This document shows positions 1 through 14,209 of a DNA stretch of 64,000 bases, one piece after another (positions within the stretch are counted from its first letter, which is position 1; every line of letters starts with the position of its first letter). Source of the DNA: the human T2T-CHM13v2.0 reference genome, Homo sapiens; NCBI RefSeq assembly GCF_009914755.1, contig NC_060936.1, one strand, 5' to 3'. The position numbers and the translations under genes were made by a program. Under the pieces are notes generated by a model. That model was not told the origin of the DNA and ran no database searches. It was given only the letters and a program-made list of their open reading frames with translations.

Positions 1-1159
1 GAACCTCGCTGTGGAGCTCAGACTTTGTATTGTGATTCCTCTGGGAAGGGGGTGAGCAGGCCACCAGCAGGAAGGAGAGGTGACCTGAGTTATATTTGAA
101 AAACAAACCTACAGCATATCAGCCATGTACAGGGCTCTAGATTTGGGTCTGAGGTGTTAAGGTGTTTCTTACTCCAAAGAGTGTATGATCATCTAGGAGA
201 TGGGTGCCTGGGAACATGTCCTGAATTCTGTTCAGTTCTTAAATGGGGGGAAAAAAGAGTTTAAAGGTGTTGATGGAGCACGTGAACTGAGTAGGCAGAT
301 TTGAAGTAAAATATGTTTGGGTCACACTGTAGTGAACTCTTTAGCATGATATTTCTCCAAGGGTGTTATAACTAAGCTTGGCCAGATTAGATGATGAAAA
401 AAAGAAACAAATCACTAAAAAATATAATTCTGTGAACACATTCTGTTTTTGGGAATGCTTTTTAATCTTCTCCCATGAAGATTTTCAGGCCATATTTAAG
501 ACTTTGAGAAATATGGCTGTGAAAAAAAACATTTTAAGCATTCCTTAACTCTGAATTTTCTATACGTTACCCACTTTTATTTTCTTTTTCATTTTCCCCA
601 TTTAAATTAATTATTTATTAATTAGATTTGTTATTTGCTTATTTTCGTCTAAACCTATTTAAATCCTCATGGACTGCATTGCACACTTTGGGGAATGCTC
701 CTGTAGAGTGTTCTGTCAAGATTGCTAAAAATTCAAATTCTACTTTATTTTTAGTTTCAGCAGTGTTTTTAGGAAATGAAAGTACCCATGGAGAGAGAGG
801 ATGGGAGAATGGAGAGGAGGTGGATATTGAGTGATTTTAGAACAACTGTTTGATCCTACGGATTATTTGCTGTGCTTAAATACATACCTGGAATCAGTAA
901 AGCTTTGGGATTCAACACAAACCACAAAACCCATCCAAGAGTGACGAGTGGGGCAGGAAGGCAGGTACCTGCTCAGTTCGAGAAACTGTGAGCCCTTTTG
1001 AGGCTAAGTAAGGTAAATAAGCTAAATGCTTTTATAAAAATACATTTTTTTACAAGAACTAATCTGTCTTGTATCAGCCCAAACACTAATGAGACATTCA
1101 CACTAGAAAATCAAAATCAGCTACTTTTGCTTGGGTTTACTTTGTTTTTCTAATTAGAC

Positions 1160-1812
1160 CTTATTTTTTAGAGCACTTTTTGATTTATAGCAAAATTGAG
1201 CTGGAGGTTCAGAGATTTCCCACATACGTCCTGCACCCACACCCACACGTGTGTGTAGGAGATTGAGTTCACCTTTCATTTGTTAACAGGCATATGGAGA
1301 TACACTTCGCATACAAAACAATTGAAAGTATAGACTTCTGTAGCTTTTAGTATATTCATATCTTTACCACAATCAATTTTAGAATATGTTCATTTTGCCT
1401 AAAAGAAACCCTGTACTTGATAGCAGTCAGTCCATTTTCCTCAACCCACTAGGTCTAGAAAGCCACAAATTTGTTTTCTGTATCTGTAGATTTGCATTTT
1501 TTTCCGAACATCTCATATGAATAGAATCACAAAATTTGTGTATTTTGTGCCAAACTTCTTTCACTTAGCATACTGATTTCAAAGTTGATCCAACTTATAG
1601 CATATATCAGTACTTTATTCCTTTTTAGGGCAAAGAAATCTTCCATTACACGGATACCCCACATTTTATTTCTCTACCCATCGCTTGCTGGGCATGAGTT
1701 GTTTGTGACAAATATTCATATACATATTCTTGTGTGGACATATGTTTTCGCTTCTCTTGGGTATATATCTAGGAGTAGGATTGCTGGGTCATATGGTAAG
1801 TCTCTATTTAAT
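1160..1812 (-). mobile_element. Old L1 (L1MB/MC-like) 3' fragments
   Basis: Antisense L1 3' motifs such as 'tttcacttagcata' and 'ctaggagtaggattgctgggtcatatggtaag'. The minus ORF 1716-2045 ends in LPYDPAILLLDIYPRE, typical of the L1 ORF2 C-terminus. Confidence 0.85.
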
Positions 1813-3085
1813 GGTTTAGACTCAGTACTTTGTTTTCTGCCTTTCCACAGCTCAGTTTCATAAAGAGGCAGGAGCCTTTTGTTCAGGGCTCCTTGGCAGT
1901 AAGGTAATTTCTTCTTCTGCATTGTATCCAGCTGACCCTTGCTCAGTGCTGTTCTTTGGGGGAAAGATGGAATGCTGGGAAGCCAGCACCTCTTATTCCT
2001 TCTAGCTAACACTTTTACAGTGACGGATATAATAGATATCTTCAACTAGTATTGTTGAATTATCTCCCTGATGCTGTCCAATTTTGCTTCATATATTTTG
2101 GGGCTCTGTTATTAGGTATGCATATATAGTCATTATTGTTATATCTTTGTGGTGGTGTGGCCTTTTTATTATTTTAGCACTTTTATATCTTTACCTCTAA
2201 TAACGTTTTTAAAAATTGAACGTTGATTTTGTCTGATGTTAGTACAACCACTTCAGCTTCTTTGTAGTTGCTGTTTGCATGACATATCTTTCTCCATTCT
2301 TTTACTTTCAATCTATTTGTATCTCTGGGTCTAAAATGTGTAGATAGCACATAGTTGAATCTTTTAAAAAATACATTTTACAATCTCTGATTTTTATTGG
2401 AATGTTTAATCCATCCACATTTAATGTTACGATTGATGGAGCTGGACTTATTTCTGCCATAAAAATATCTCATGACATTTTTATTCCTGTATTTCTATTG
2501 TACTTTTTTGCATTAAGAAACATTTTCCAATGTAACATTTTAATAGATTTTTCACTATTTGTTGAGTTATTTTTGAGTGGTTGTACTTGAGCTTGCCATC
2601 TATGTCTTAACTTCAGATTTGTACTAACTTAATTCCAGGGAGATATAGAAGCATTATTCCTACATAGCTCTATATCAACCCCCTTTTCCTGTGGTATTAT
2701 TGTTATACAAGGTACACCATATATGTTACAAATACAATTATTTATAGTTATAATTATTACTTTAAATATATCATTTATGTCTATTAAAGAAGCTGAGAGC
2801 AGAGAGGAGATAAAGTATATATTTATAGAATTTGTTATATTAAGCTTCTTATTTGTCATTCTGATTCTCTTTGTTCTGGTGGACTTGAGTAAATATGTGA
2901 TGTTATTTCATTATGCACACACAGCTTTGCTCCTTGTCATTTTATTTATGCTGTCTTTCTCAAGTATATTGCACTTAAATACATTATAGGACCAACAATT
3001 CAAATATATTTATGTTGTGTTATACAATTGCTTTTTAAAATCAGTTAAGATAGATGGGATATGCACTGATAGTATGGTTTTTAAA

Positions 3086-3408
3086 ATTATACTTTAAGTT
3101 CTGGGTTACATATGCAGAACATGCTGTTTGGTTACATAGGTATACACGTGCCATGGTGGTTTGCTGCACCCATCAACCCACCACCTACATTAGGTATTTC
3201 TCCTAATGTTATCTGTCCTCTAGCCTCCAACCCCCCGACATGCCCCAGTGTGTGATGTTCCCCTCCCTGTGTCCATGTGTTCTCATTGTTCAACTCCCAC
3301 TTATGAGTGAGAACATGTGGTGTTTGGTTTTCTGATCTTGTGATAGTTTCCTGAGAATGATGGTTTCCAGCTTCATCCATGTCCCTGAAAAAGATATGAA
3401 CTCATCCT
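3086..3408 (-). mobile_element. L1PA 3' end (5'-truncated)
   Basis: 'attatactttaagttctggg...ccatggtggtttgctgcacccatc...cccacttatgagtgagaacatg' matches the primate L1PA 3' UTR. Confidence 0.93.
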
Positions 3409-3419
3409 AGACAATAATT

Positions 3420-3422
<3 letters not shown>

Positions 3423-3460
<38 letters not shown>
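3423..3460. repeat. (CA)n microsatellite, about 19 units
   Basis: Directly visible. Confidence 0.97.
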
Positions 3461-3463
<3 letters not shown>

Positions 3464-6003
3464 AATGGCACTAGTATCTCTACAATGTTTTATAATTACA
3501 TTACTGTCTTTGCCAGTGCCATTTGTGTGTATGTGTGTGTGTATTTGAATTACTGTCTGGGGTCACTTACTTTCAGCCTGAAGAACTTCTTTTAGTATTT
3601 CTTATAAGAAAAGTCTGCTAGCAACGAATTCTCTCAGTGTTAGTTTATCTGGGAGTATCTTTAGTTTTCCTTTTTGAAAAATAATTTTTCTAGCTATAGG
3701 ACTTTTGGTTGATAGTTTTGATCTTCCATCATTTTGAATATGTTATTCCACTGCCTTCTGGCCTCCATTGTTTCTGATGCAAAGGCAACTATTAATCTTG
3801 TTATGATTTCCTTGTGTGTGATGAGTTGTTTTTCTTTTTCTACTTTCAGGATTTTCTCTGACTTCCAACATTGTTATTATTATGTCTTAATGTATATCTC
3901 TTTGAATTTACTCAATTTGGACTGTGTTGAGCTTCCTGGATGAATAGATAATGTTTTTCATCAAGTTTAGGACATTTTTAGCCATTACTTAAAAAAATTT
4001 ATTGTTTCTTTCTGTCTTTTCCCTCCTTTTTGTACCCCCCTTTTCCATATATTGGTGTATTGAATGGTTTCCCACAATTCTCAGGGACTTGTTCATTTTT
4101 CTTTGTTCTTTTTTTCCTCCATGTTCTTTATATTCTTTGGATGCATAATCTCTATCAATCTTTCTTGTTCACTGATTTTTTCTTCTGTCAATTCAAGCTT
4201 ACTATTAGGCCCCTTTCATGGATACACACACACACAGGCAGACATACACACACACATATATGTGTGTGTATATATATTTTTATTCATATATACATACACA
4301 TATATGTAAAGTAATAACGCAAAGCACAAGAAGGATTAAATTGAGGTACACTGCTAAGGTTTTACATTATACATGAAGTGATCAATATTAATTCATGGTA
4401 GAAAGTGATAAATAGTTATCTAGGAAAAGACTAAAAGTGGAGAGATATCGCTAATAAGGCAGTAGAGGAGATAAATTGCAGTGTCAAGTTATACTTGCTA
4501 TAAAGGTATTCAGGAAGGAATGAAAAAGTGAAAAAGAACAGATGACAAATAGAAAGAAAAAACAAGATGGTAGACTCAAATTCAACATATCAGTACTGTC
4601 AGACTAGACCAAAAGGAAGACCCAATCACATGTAATCTACAAGAGGTTATATATATATATATAACCTCTTTATATATAAAGAGGTTAAAAGTAAAAATTT
4701 GGGTAAAGGTATATGCAAAACAAATCACAAAAGACCCAGAATGGCTAGGTTAAGTATCAGATAAAGCATACTAAAACAGAATATGATCAAAGATGAATTA
4801 CATCATCATCAGCATCATCACAACAACAATAACACTGCAGTCAATTTATCAAGAAGACATGAAAATCCTAAATGGCAGTGCACCTAAAAGTAGAGCCTCA
4901 AAATAATAAGCAAAAAATAACAGAACTAAATGAAAATTTAGAAAAATCTATCTCTATGGTGGAAGATTTCAATACTCTTCTTTCAGAACTGATACAAGTA
5001 TAAAAACAAAAAAGATATAGTTAATTGGAACTATAATGTCAATCAATTTAAATACATAAAACACTACATTCAATAACTGAACATGTTTTTCAAATACCCA
5101 TAGAACATTCACCAAGATAGAACCTATATTGGGCCATGAAACTACTCTTAATAAACTTTAAAAGATTGAATTCCTATAGTACATGTACTCTGATCACAAC
5201 AAAATTAAATTAGAAATCAACTGGAAAAATGTTATCTTGAAAAATCTCCGAATATTAGAAATTAAGCAACGTAATTCTATAGAACTCATGGTTAAGAAAG
5301 AAATCACAATAATCAGGAACATTTTGAACTGAATGATAATTTGAATAGCTCTAACAGAGATTGTATTGTCCACAAAATCTCAAATATTTTATAATCTGGC
5401 CTTTTTTAGAAACAGAGTTTGCCACCCCTTGATCTAAATGATCACCTAAGGAGTATGTAAAAAAACAAATTAATACCAAAATAGGTAGGAAGAAGGCATA
5501 AATAATAATCAGACATAAATAAAATAGAAAAACAATAGAAAAAATGAGGTAACAATTTGTTTCCTTAAAAGTAATAAAATCAATAAATTCCTAGTAAGAT
5601 GAATGAAATAAAAAATGCAAATTACCAATATCAGCCAAAAAAGAGGAAATTACTACAACTGTACAGATATAAAATGGTTAATAATGAAATATTATGAATA
5701 ACTTTGTCAATAAAATAGACAATTTAGATAAAATGGTCCTTGAAAGGCAAAACTGAGAAGAGAAAGAATCAAAATATGTATGGATTCATGTCAAATGAAT
5801 ACATTCAAAGATTTTCCACAAAGAAAACTTAAGGTCTAGGTGGCTTTACTCATGAATTATGTCAAATATGTAAGAAAGAAATAATATTATTTTTAAAGAA
5901 AAGCTGTCAAAATACAGAGGAGGAGCAAACAGCCCAACTTATGAATCCATCATTAATGTTGATACCAAAAACAGACAACAAACAATATTAAAAGCAAGGT
6001 CAT

Positions 6004-6294
6004 GGCCAGGAGCAGTGGCTCATGCCTGTAATCCCAGCAATTTGGGAGGCCGAGGTGGGCAGATCACAAGGTCAGGAGTTTGAGACCAGCCTGGCCAACA
6101 TGGTGAAACCCCATCTCTACTAAAAATACAAAAATTAGCTGGGTGTGATGGTGCATGCCTCTAATCCTAGCTACTCAGGAGGCTGAGGCAGAATTGACTG
6201 AACCCGGGAGGCAGAGGTTGCATTGAGCCAAGATCGTGCCATTGCACTCCAGCCTGGGCGACAGAGTGAGACTTCATCTCAGAAAGAAAAAAAA
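6004..6294 (+). mobile_element. AluS
   Basis: Full dimer with A-tail. TSD aaaagcaaggtcat at 5990-6003 and 6295-6308. Confidence 0.97.
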
Positions 6295-7470
6295 AAAAGC
6301 AAGGTCATGGGATACAAGGCCTGTACATAATAATTCACTGTTATTTCTATATCCTAGAAATTAAAATTTATACAATAAAATTAAAGAATAATACAATTTA
6401 TAATATCCAGAAATATAAAATACTTAAGAATAAATATAACAAGTGTTTGCAAGTCCTCTGTAGTAAAAATACAAAATATTGCTGAAAGAAGTTGAAGACA
6501 CAATAAATGGAGAGATGTTTCTGGATTGAAAGACTCAACATTGTTAAGATGTTGATTTTCCCAATGTGATCTATTGATTGAAAACAATCCCAATAAAAAT
6601 CCCAGCCTTCCTTGTCATGGAAATTGACAAGCTGATTCTAAAATTTTAATTGGAAATGCAAAGTACTTAGAATAGCCAAAACAATCTTGAAAACAAACAA
6701 TCTTTGAAGACTTAGATTACCCAATTTCAAGACATATTAAAAGCTACAGTAATTAAATATAATTTAGTATTGATATAAGGATATGTAAATAAATCATTGA
6801 AACAGAATATTGTCCTGAAATAAATTCATTCTTTTATAATTGTTTGATTTTTGAACACAGGAGTCTGAGGAATTCAATGGAGTAAAGAAAGTCTTTTCAT
6901 GAAATAGTGAGAAAACTTGATATATATATGTAAAGAAAAATGAAATTCAGTCCTACCTCATACCACACAAAAGTCTAGATTCAGTTACAGACCTAAATGT
7001 AAAAACTAAAATTTATAACATTAGTTGAAAATTCGACTAAATTGAAATTACAACTTTAGTTGTTTGAAGAAAACATGGGAGAACATTTTTCTTTCAATCC
7101 TGGGGTAAGAAAAGATTTCTTAATTAAGGCCCCAAATCACTTTGCCTCAAAAAGCAAATTAATAAATTATACTTTATAAAAATAAAAAACCTATGTTTTT
7201 CAAAAGACATCATTATTCAAATAACTAAGCAATCCACAGAGTAGAGGAAAGTATTCTCAATCTAAGAGTTGTGTCTAGAATATGTGAGGAGCAACTGACT
7301 CAATAAAAAGACAAACATCACAATTTAAAATGGGGAGTATATTTGAATAGAAACTTCTGAAAAGAAGATCTATGAATGGCACAAGAAAGAATACCTTATA
7401 CCATTTGCCATCAAGGAAATGCAAATTTAAACCGTAATAAAATACTACTAAACACCATCTATCATGGCTG

Positions 7471-7919
7471 ATATTCACAATAGCAAAGACATGGAATCAA
7501 CCTAAATGTCCATCAATGATAGACTGGATAAAGAAAATGTGGTACAGATACACTATGGAATGCTATGCAGCCATAAAAAAGAATGAGATCATGTCTTTTG
7601 CAAGTACATGGATGGAGCTGGAGGCCATTATACTTAGCAAAGTGACACCAGGAACAGAAAACCAAATGCTGCATGTTCTCACTTACAAGTGGGAACTAGT
7701 TGATGACAACACATGGACAGATAGAGGGGAACAACAGACACTGGTGCCTATTGGAAGGTGGAGGGTGGGAGGAGGGAGAGGATCAGGAAAAATAACAAAT
7801 GAGTAATAGGCTTAATACCTGGGTGATGAAATAATCTGCCCAACGAACCTCCATGGCACAAGTTTACCTATGTAACAAACCTGCATAAGTATTTCTGAAC
7901 TTAAATGTTTAAAAAAAAG
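7471..7919 (+). mobile_element. L1PA (older, about PA13-16) 3' end inserted into L1M
   Basis: ORF 7516 reads WIKKMWYRYTMECYAAIKKNEIMSFA (L1 ORF2 C-terminus), followed by 3' UTR 'ggcttaatacctgggtgatgaaataatc' and an A-tail. Confidence 0.9.
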
Positions 7920-8525
7920 ATGGAAACACCCATTGTTGGCAAAGATGTGGAGGAAACATAATTTTTAGATTTTGTTGGCAGGGCTGTAAAATACTATCAT
8001 CATTTTGGATAATATTTTGCCAATGGCTTGTTAAGTTAACCATACACTTAACCATATTGCCTAAGAATCACATTCTTTGGTATTTATTCAGAAGGAATAA
8101 GAATATGATTCCACATGAAGACACAAATAAGAATGTTCATAGCAACTTTATTCATAATAGACAAAAACCGGAATCAACCAAAATAGCCATCAACAGGGGA
8201 CTGGGTGAACAGTTATCTCTTCATCCAACAGTGGCGTGCTCCTCAGAACTAAAAAGGAACAAGCTACTGATTATGCCACTCCATGAACCAAGTGAGTGAA
8301 ATAAGAGAAGGTAAACCCAAAAAAGCATATACTATATTATTCTATTTACGTGACATTCAACTGTAGGCAGATTTATTTATGGGGCTGGACAGCAGAGCAG
8401 TGTTTGCCTTCACACGGGGAGCATATTGACCAGAAAAGGACTTAACTAGGGTCATGGAAATGTTCTTTATCTTGATCAAGGACTGGATTACATTGGTAAA
8501 AGCCTTTTTAAAAATTCACCGAACT

Positions 8526-8860
<335 letters not shown>

Positions 8861-11800
8861 TCAGTTCTACATAAAATAGGTAATGTCATGAGAAAAACTG
8901 TTATCTTCCAAAACAAAGAAGGCAAGTAAAAACTGACTCTTCTTGGTAAGGCCCTTATTGCTTCTGTTCCTGCACTTGTGGCCAGATTCCCTGCAATCTC
9001 AGAATCGTTCTCTTCCTCCGCCTCCTGCCCCTGCAGAAAAGAAAACAAAACTAGGCAGGAAGACATGGAGAGGAAGATTCCTGTGACCTTTGTAGACAGG
9101 GCCAGGCTGCTGGGCTGCCAGAGAAAAGTTTAAATGGAGAGGAAGGAGCAGCAGAGGATGACAAGGCAGGCACCCCTCCCACTGCAGGAGGCCCAGCCTT
9201 GATGCCAGAAACCACAGGCACGGAGAACAGGCAACCAGCTTAACTTTGATTCTCTTAGTGTTTTGTGGGACCTGCTGGGGTCTAGAATAGCTAGAGTCAT
9301 AGGCCGTCTACCTGCGGCTTCAAGCACACATATCCAACTCCACCTTATCTACACAAATGTTCTCATTATCTGTGTTCCTTGACAGAATGGTTTGACAATT
9401 CTTCCTTATTAAACCTGGCCCCCACGTCGTCAGCTCTCCGGATGCTCTTCCCTGGTTGTCAGGCTGCTGCTTGGGTTCCCAGTGGAGCACTCTGCAGGGT
9501 TCTGTATGGCCTGTTGTGATCTGCGGGGTCCTGCAGTGCTGAATGCTACACCGTGCCACTTCCAGCTCAACCAGAGAAGCTGGGCAGGACTTTGGTGGTG
9601 GTGTCTGAAGGTTTGAGATAAGGCCCAGGTTGCTACGGGCTTTCCTTGAGAGAGGGTGGCAACTACTTCTGTGTTTGTTTTTATAGTAAATATTCAGCTG
9701 ACTCTAAGGAGGGGACAATGGTGGTCCAAAGATTTTTCTGCACATGTTAAAACATTTCATGGTGTTCGTGACAAGCCTCGCCTGCTTACAAAGCTTATGG
9801 AGACCTTGAGTCACCTTCAGTTGAGGCACGCACTTTGGACAAGTTTCAGATACTTATTTTGGCACCAAGGAATACAAATCTGAGCAAATATATCTTTGGC
9901 TGAGAACAAAGTTCTCCTCAAAGAACTGGAAAAAGAGCCCCTAACCTTTCATTTCAACTGTTTATGGCTCATATTCAAAGGTAGCTTTTTTTAAAAAAAT
10001 AAAAAGCACTCCAATCCCAAGTGGTTTAAGCCAAAAAGTGCCTTAGGGTTCTCTCAGATGAACTTCAACTTCAGATATCACCAATAGGTAGCTTTGGCAA
10101 AAATACTCATCTTCTTTTGAAGTCTAGCTTGCTTTCATAGGAAACAGAAAAGGGAAGGAAGAGAGAAGGACCTGAATGAGTAGAAAACATCTTACACATG
10201 CAGGGATCATGTTGTAAGAGTCAGGGTCAGCTTATGACTCTGATAGAAAGCAGCTGAAGGTGACAGATTTTCCAGCTGTCCTTTGAGAAGGTGCAGGAGG
10301 ATGGCAACTTGGAATTGGCTATAAAGAGTGAATCAGAAAGTGGAGACGACCTGGACTATAAGGTAAAAGCTGCTTTGTAGAAACTGATTTGCACAACAAA
10401 GTGAAATGCAAGGAGAATGTTGGAATATATGCAAGCTATCTGGAGAAAATAAAGCACTCAACATTTCAAATAAATTCTCCAAAATGGGCTAGCATCTCTG
10501 TGGTTAGAAAATTCTGTCAGAAAAGGACAACGTAAAACTTAAGTAGAAACTTAAAATATGGCCTGAATTATACAACAACTATATCTAACAAAACACAGAA
10601 AATGACCTTCAATAGTTAAGGAGGCGATTAACCACTTGGGGATAGGAAAGAGCTTTCCAAAGTGTGTAAAATAATCAGTCACACCTCTCAGAAGATGCAA
10701 GGGAAGCATTAGGAAGGGAGCACTTTCTTTTATTAAAGCCAGATTAGCTAAGAGAAAAGTTTCAAGTATTTGGCCTGTCGACTGCACTGAGAGAAAGCTC
10801 AGTGACACAGGAAAAGCAAGTATTCTCAACAGACATGAATAAGCTGGAGCAGTTTAAATATGAGATTTTGTCAAAAGATTCTTACACCTCTTTACTGTTC
10901 CCTGTACAGACCTCAGCAGAAGGCTAGGGGAGCTGGGGAGGGCTGGATTATCAGATACAACGAAGGAGGAGGGATGACAAGGCTGAAAAGCTGAGCTGAC
11001 TAGATTAGGTTCCTTTCTTCACTGCCCAAACTTAGAACAATATCACCATTCATGAGAAGAATTTGTAGACATGCTATTTTATGCCTTTTAAACAAGTTTG
11101 ATGTTGGGGTGGGGGCAGGGTAAAGTAACATTTTAAAAGCATGGCACTTTTTCTGTGTTTGCTAAGATAAACACTTTGTCTGTGTTTATCTAAGCATTTT
11201 TTTGTAGCCTCTCCCTAACCAGGTTCCAAGAAACTGAAGCTGTCAGGTAGCTTGTGGAGGACGAACACAACTACTGCCCAAGCAATCCACAACATGTCCA
11301 GATTCTCAAGAATACAGAATTAATCACTTCCAGATGACTACTTGGAGTTTTCTCTTTCTTTGGGTTGTGAGCGCCAAGAAACAGAGACCAGTGCCCGGTA
11401 CAGAAGAGTTCTTGAGAACTATTTGATGAATGAACATTTGAATGGATGAATTGTGTACTTGTCAGGATTCTTTTGATTGACAACTGAAATCCATTAAACA
11501 AATACAAAACCAAGGAATTTATTGGTACTTGTAAGTGAAAAGTCAACGTTGTCAGTTCAGGTATAGCTTGATACAGCTGCTCAATCTATACGCTTAGCAA
11601 TTCTCTCTCCATGTCTCACATATATTATCCTCTGTGTTAACTTCAGTTTCGGATAATCTTTTCTCACATAGTAACACATAAGGATAGAAGTTGATCTATA
11701 CCTACAACTTACCAGCTCAAACTCCATAAACACACATATACTTGGAAAAAAGATACATGAATGAGGAAGCTTGCAGAGTCTCACCTTACGAACTATTTCA

Positions 11801-12279
11801 CCATGGCATTTCTTTATGGGGATTTGTTGGGCAAAGCTAGCTTCTTAAAGGCCTGGGAGAAGAGACGCTTTAAGCTGACTTGTCAGGTGCCTCCAACAAT
11901 TGAAGGCCAAGGAGGTATAAAAATAAGATAGCTTAAAAGTCAAAGTGATATCTTCTCAAAAATGTAGCCCATTTTGGAAATTTCCTTGGTAAGTTGCTTT
12001 GGAGAATATTTCTGTTTTGTAATGTGAGTTCATTTCTGCATTTTGGGTCTGCATTTTAATCTATAAAAATCTGAGGTCCCATCATCCCTTCCCCTGACAG
12101 CCCCCCTTGTCACATTGCTGGGCACCTCATCTAAGCTAGCTACATGTGAGTCATAACATCCTTGAGATACAATGTGAGACACCAAATAGACCAGAAACAA
12201 CAAATAAAAGAAGAAATGAATATTCTACAGTGGGCACATTCGTGTGGCTATCACAGACTGTTTCAATCATTTTGGGCTC

Positions 12280-13425
12280 ATGATATGATGATGATGATGT
12301 GATGGTGATGGTGATGATACTGATGGTGATGATGATGTAATGATGATGATGTTAAGGATGATGATGTGATGACAGTAGTGATGATGATGATGGAGATAAC
12401 GATGATATGATGATGGTGGTGATGATGATAACGTGATGATGGCGATAATATGATGATGATGCTGATGTGATGATGACGGTGATGGTGTGATGATGATGAT
12501 TTGATGATAATGGTGATGTGATGATGTGGTGATGATGATAATGATATGATGATGATGATATGATGATGGTGATAATCATGATGTGATGATGATAATGTGA
12601 TAATGATGATGTGATGATGATGTAATGATAATGGTGATGATGTGATGATGATGGTAATGATAATGATATGAAGATGATGATGTGATGATGGTGATAATGT
12701 GATGATGGTGATGATGGTGATGAGGATGAGGTGATGATGGTGATGATGTGATGATGATGGTAATGATGGTGATGAGGATCAGGTGATGATGATGATAATG
12801 CCATGATGATGGTGATGATGGTGATGAGGATGAGGTGATGATGGTGATGATGTGATGATGATCTTAATGATAATGATATGAAGATGATGATGTGATGATG
12901 GTGATAATGCGATGATGATGGTGATGATGGTGATGAGGATCAGGTGATGATGGTGATAATGTGATGAATATGGTGATAATGGTGATAAGGATGATGTGAT
13001 GATGGTGATGATGTGATGATGATGATTTGATGATAATGGTGATGATGACGTGATGATGATGTAATGATAATGGTGATGATGTGATGATGATATAATGATG
13101 TAATGATGGTGATAAGTTGATGGTGATGATTTGATTATAATGGTGATGATGATGATTTGATAATGGTGATGATGATTTGATGATAATGGTGATGATGATG
13201 ATGTAATGATAATGGTGATGATGTGATGCTGATGGTGATGATGACGGTGATGATGGTGATGTGATGATGATTGTGGTGATGATGTGATGATGTCAGTAAT
13301 GATGGTGTCAGTAATGGTGATATGATGATGTCAGTAATGATGATGTGATGATGGTGAAAGTGTGATGATGATGGTGATGATGATGATGTGATGATGTGAT
13401 AAGATGACATGGTGATGATGATGGT
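12280..13425. repeat. Degenerate (GAT/GGT/AAT)n low-complexity tandem repeat, about 1.15 kb
   Basis: Directly visible. The + strand is almost free of C. Confidence 0.97.
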
Positions 13426-13439
13426 TGCTGCTAGCTTCT

Positions 13440-13825
13440 GAGGTGGATTGGATTATTTGCTCTCTCTCATCAGGTGGTGTATAGCCCCACTCTATTGTTT
13501 TTGGATTTGTTCATGTGGCTTACTTCAACCAGCTGAAGGAGAACAGAAAGGACAGAAGATTCTTCAGGAAATATAGTGGGTTTCCACTGGCACTCCTTTG
13601 TGTGCTGTCCACCATGAGAACAGCAGATCTCAGACTGAATCTTCAGCCTATGTCCTGAAATGAGAAGACATGTGGAGCTCACCTGAGCCCAGGAATGGCC
13701 AGCAAAGTTGCAGACAACCCACAGCTGACCCACAGCTGATCCCCAGAGAAGGGAATGTTAATGTTAGCACAAGCAATTGAGATCTGGTGTTATTTGTTGC
13801 CAGAGCAAAAGCTACTGGTATGGCT
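13440..13825 (+). mobile_element. Old MaLR LTR (MLT1H/I/J-like)
   Basis: 'ccaccatgagaacagc...gaagacatgtggagc...cagctgacccacag...ttatttgttgccagagcaaaagct' resembles the MLT1 3' half. Confidence 0.55.
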
Positions 13826-13889
13826 GACAATATTCACTGGGGTCCTATGCTGGATCACGCTGTTCTATATACTAGATAAGGATTATGTT

Positions 13890-14020
13890 GTTCAATTCTC
13901 ACAGAAGCCTTTTGGAATGGAAGCTATTAGTATCCCCATCTTACTGAGGCACAGAGAGGCCACATAATTGGTCCAGGGTCCCTAACTAGCATGTGGTAGC
14001 ACCAGGACTTGAATCCTCGT
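13890..14020 (-). mobile_element. MIR
   Basis: Core 'atccccatcttactgaggcacagagagg...ggacttgaatcc'. Confidence 0.75.
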
Positions 14021-14209
14021 AGCATAAAATGATGGGAAGAACTGGCTTTTACAATGGAGCATGTTATACTCACATCAGTCTCAGGATGTGGGTGGGACAG
14101 AGGCTCCCCACTCAATGTTGTTGAAAAGGAAACAGGTCCAGAGAATAATACATCATGAACTTTAACATCAGTGTATGGTGTAGTTTGGGGTCTCCTCTCC
14201 TCCTCCTTT

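Larger units (their letters stand above)
2040..4220 (-). mobile_element. Old L1M fragment (ORF1/inter-ORF to ORF2 endonuclease region), interrupted by an L1PA piece and (CA)n
   Basis: T-rich decayed L1 antisense sequence, e.g. 'ttttgcttcatatattttggggctctgttattaggt'. Confidence 0.7.

Noticed and set aside
2040-7460. Twin-priming inversion of a single L1
   Set aside because: The minus and plus L1M pieces appear to cover overlapping consensus regions and are highly diverged, which fits two separate insertions better.
12352-13410. His/Ser/Ile-rich ORFs (150 aa and 91 aa)
   Set aside because: They are translations of the (CAT)n strand of the simple repeat, with no gene structure.
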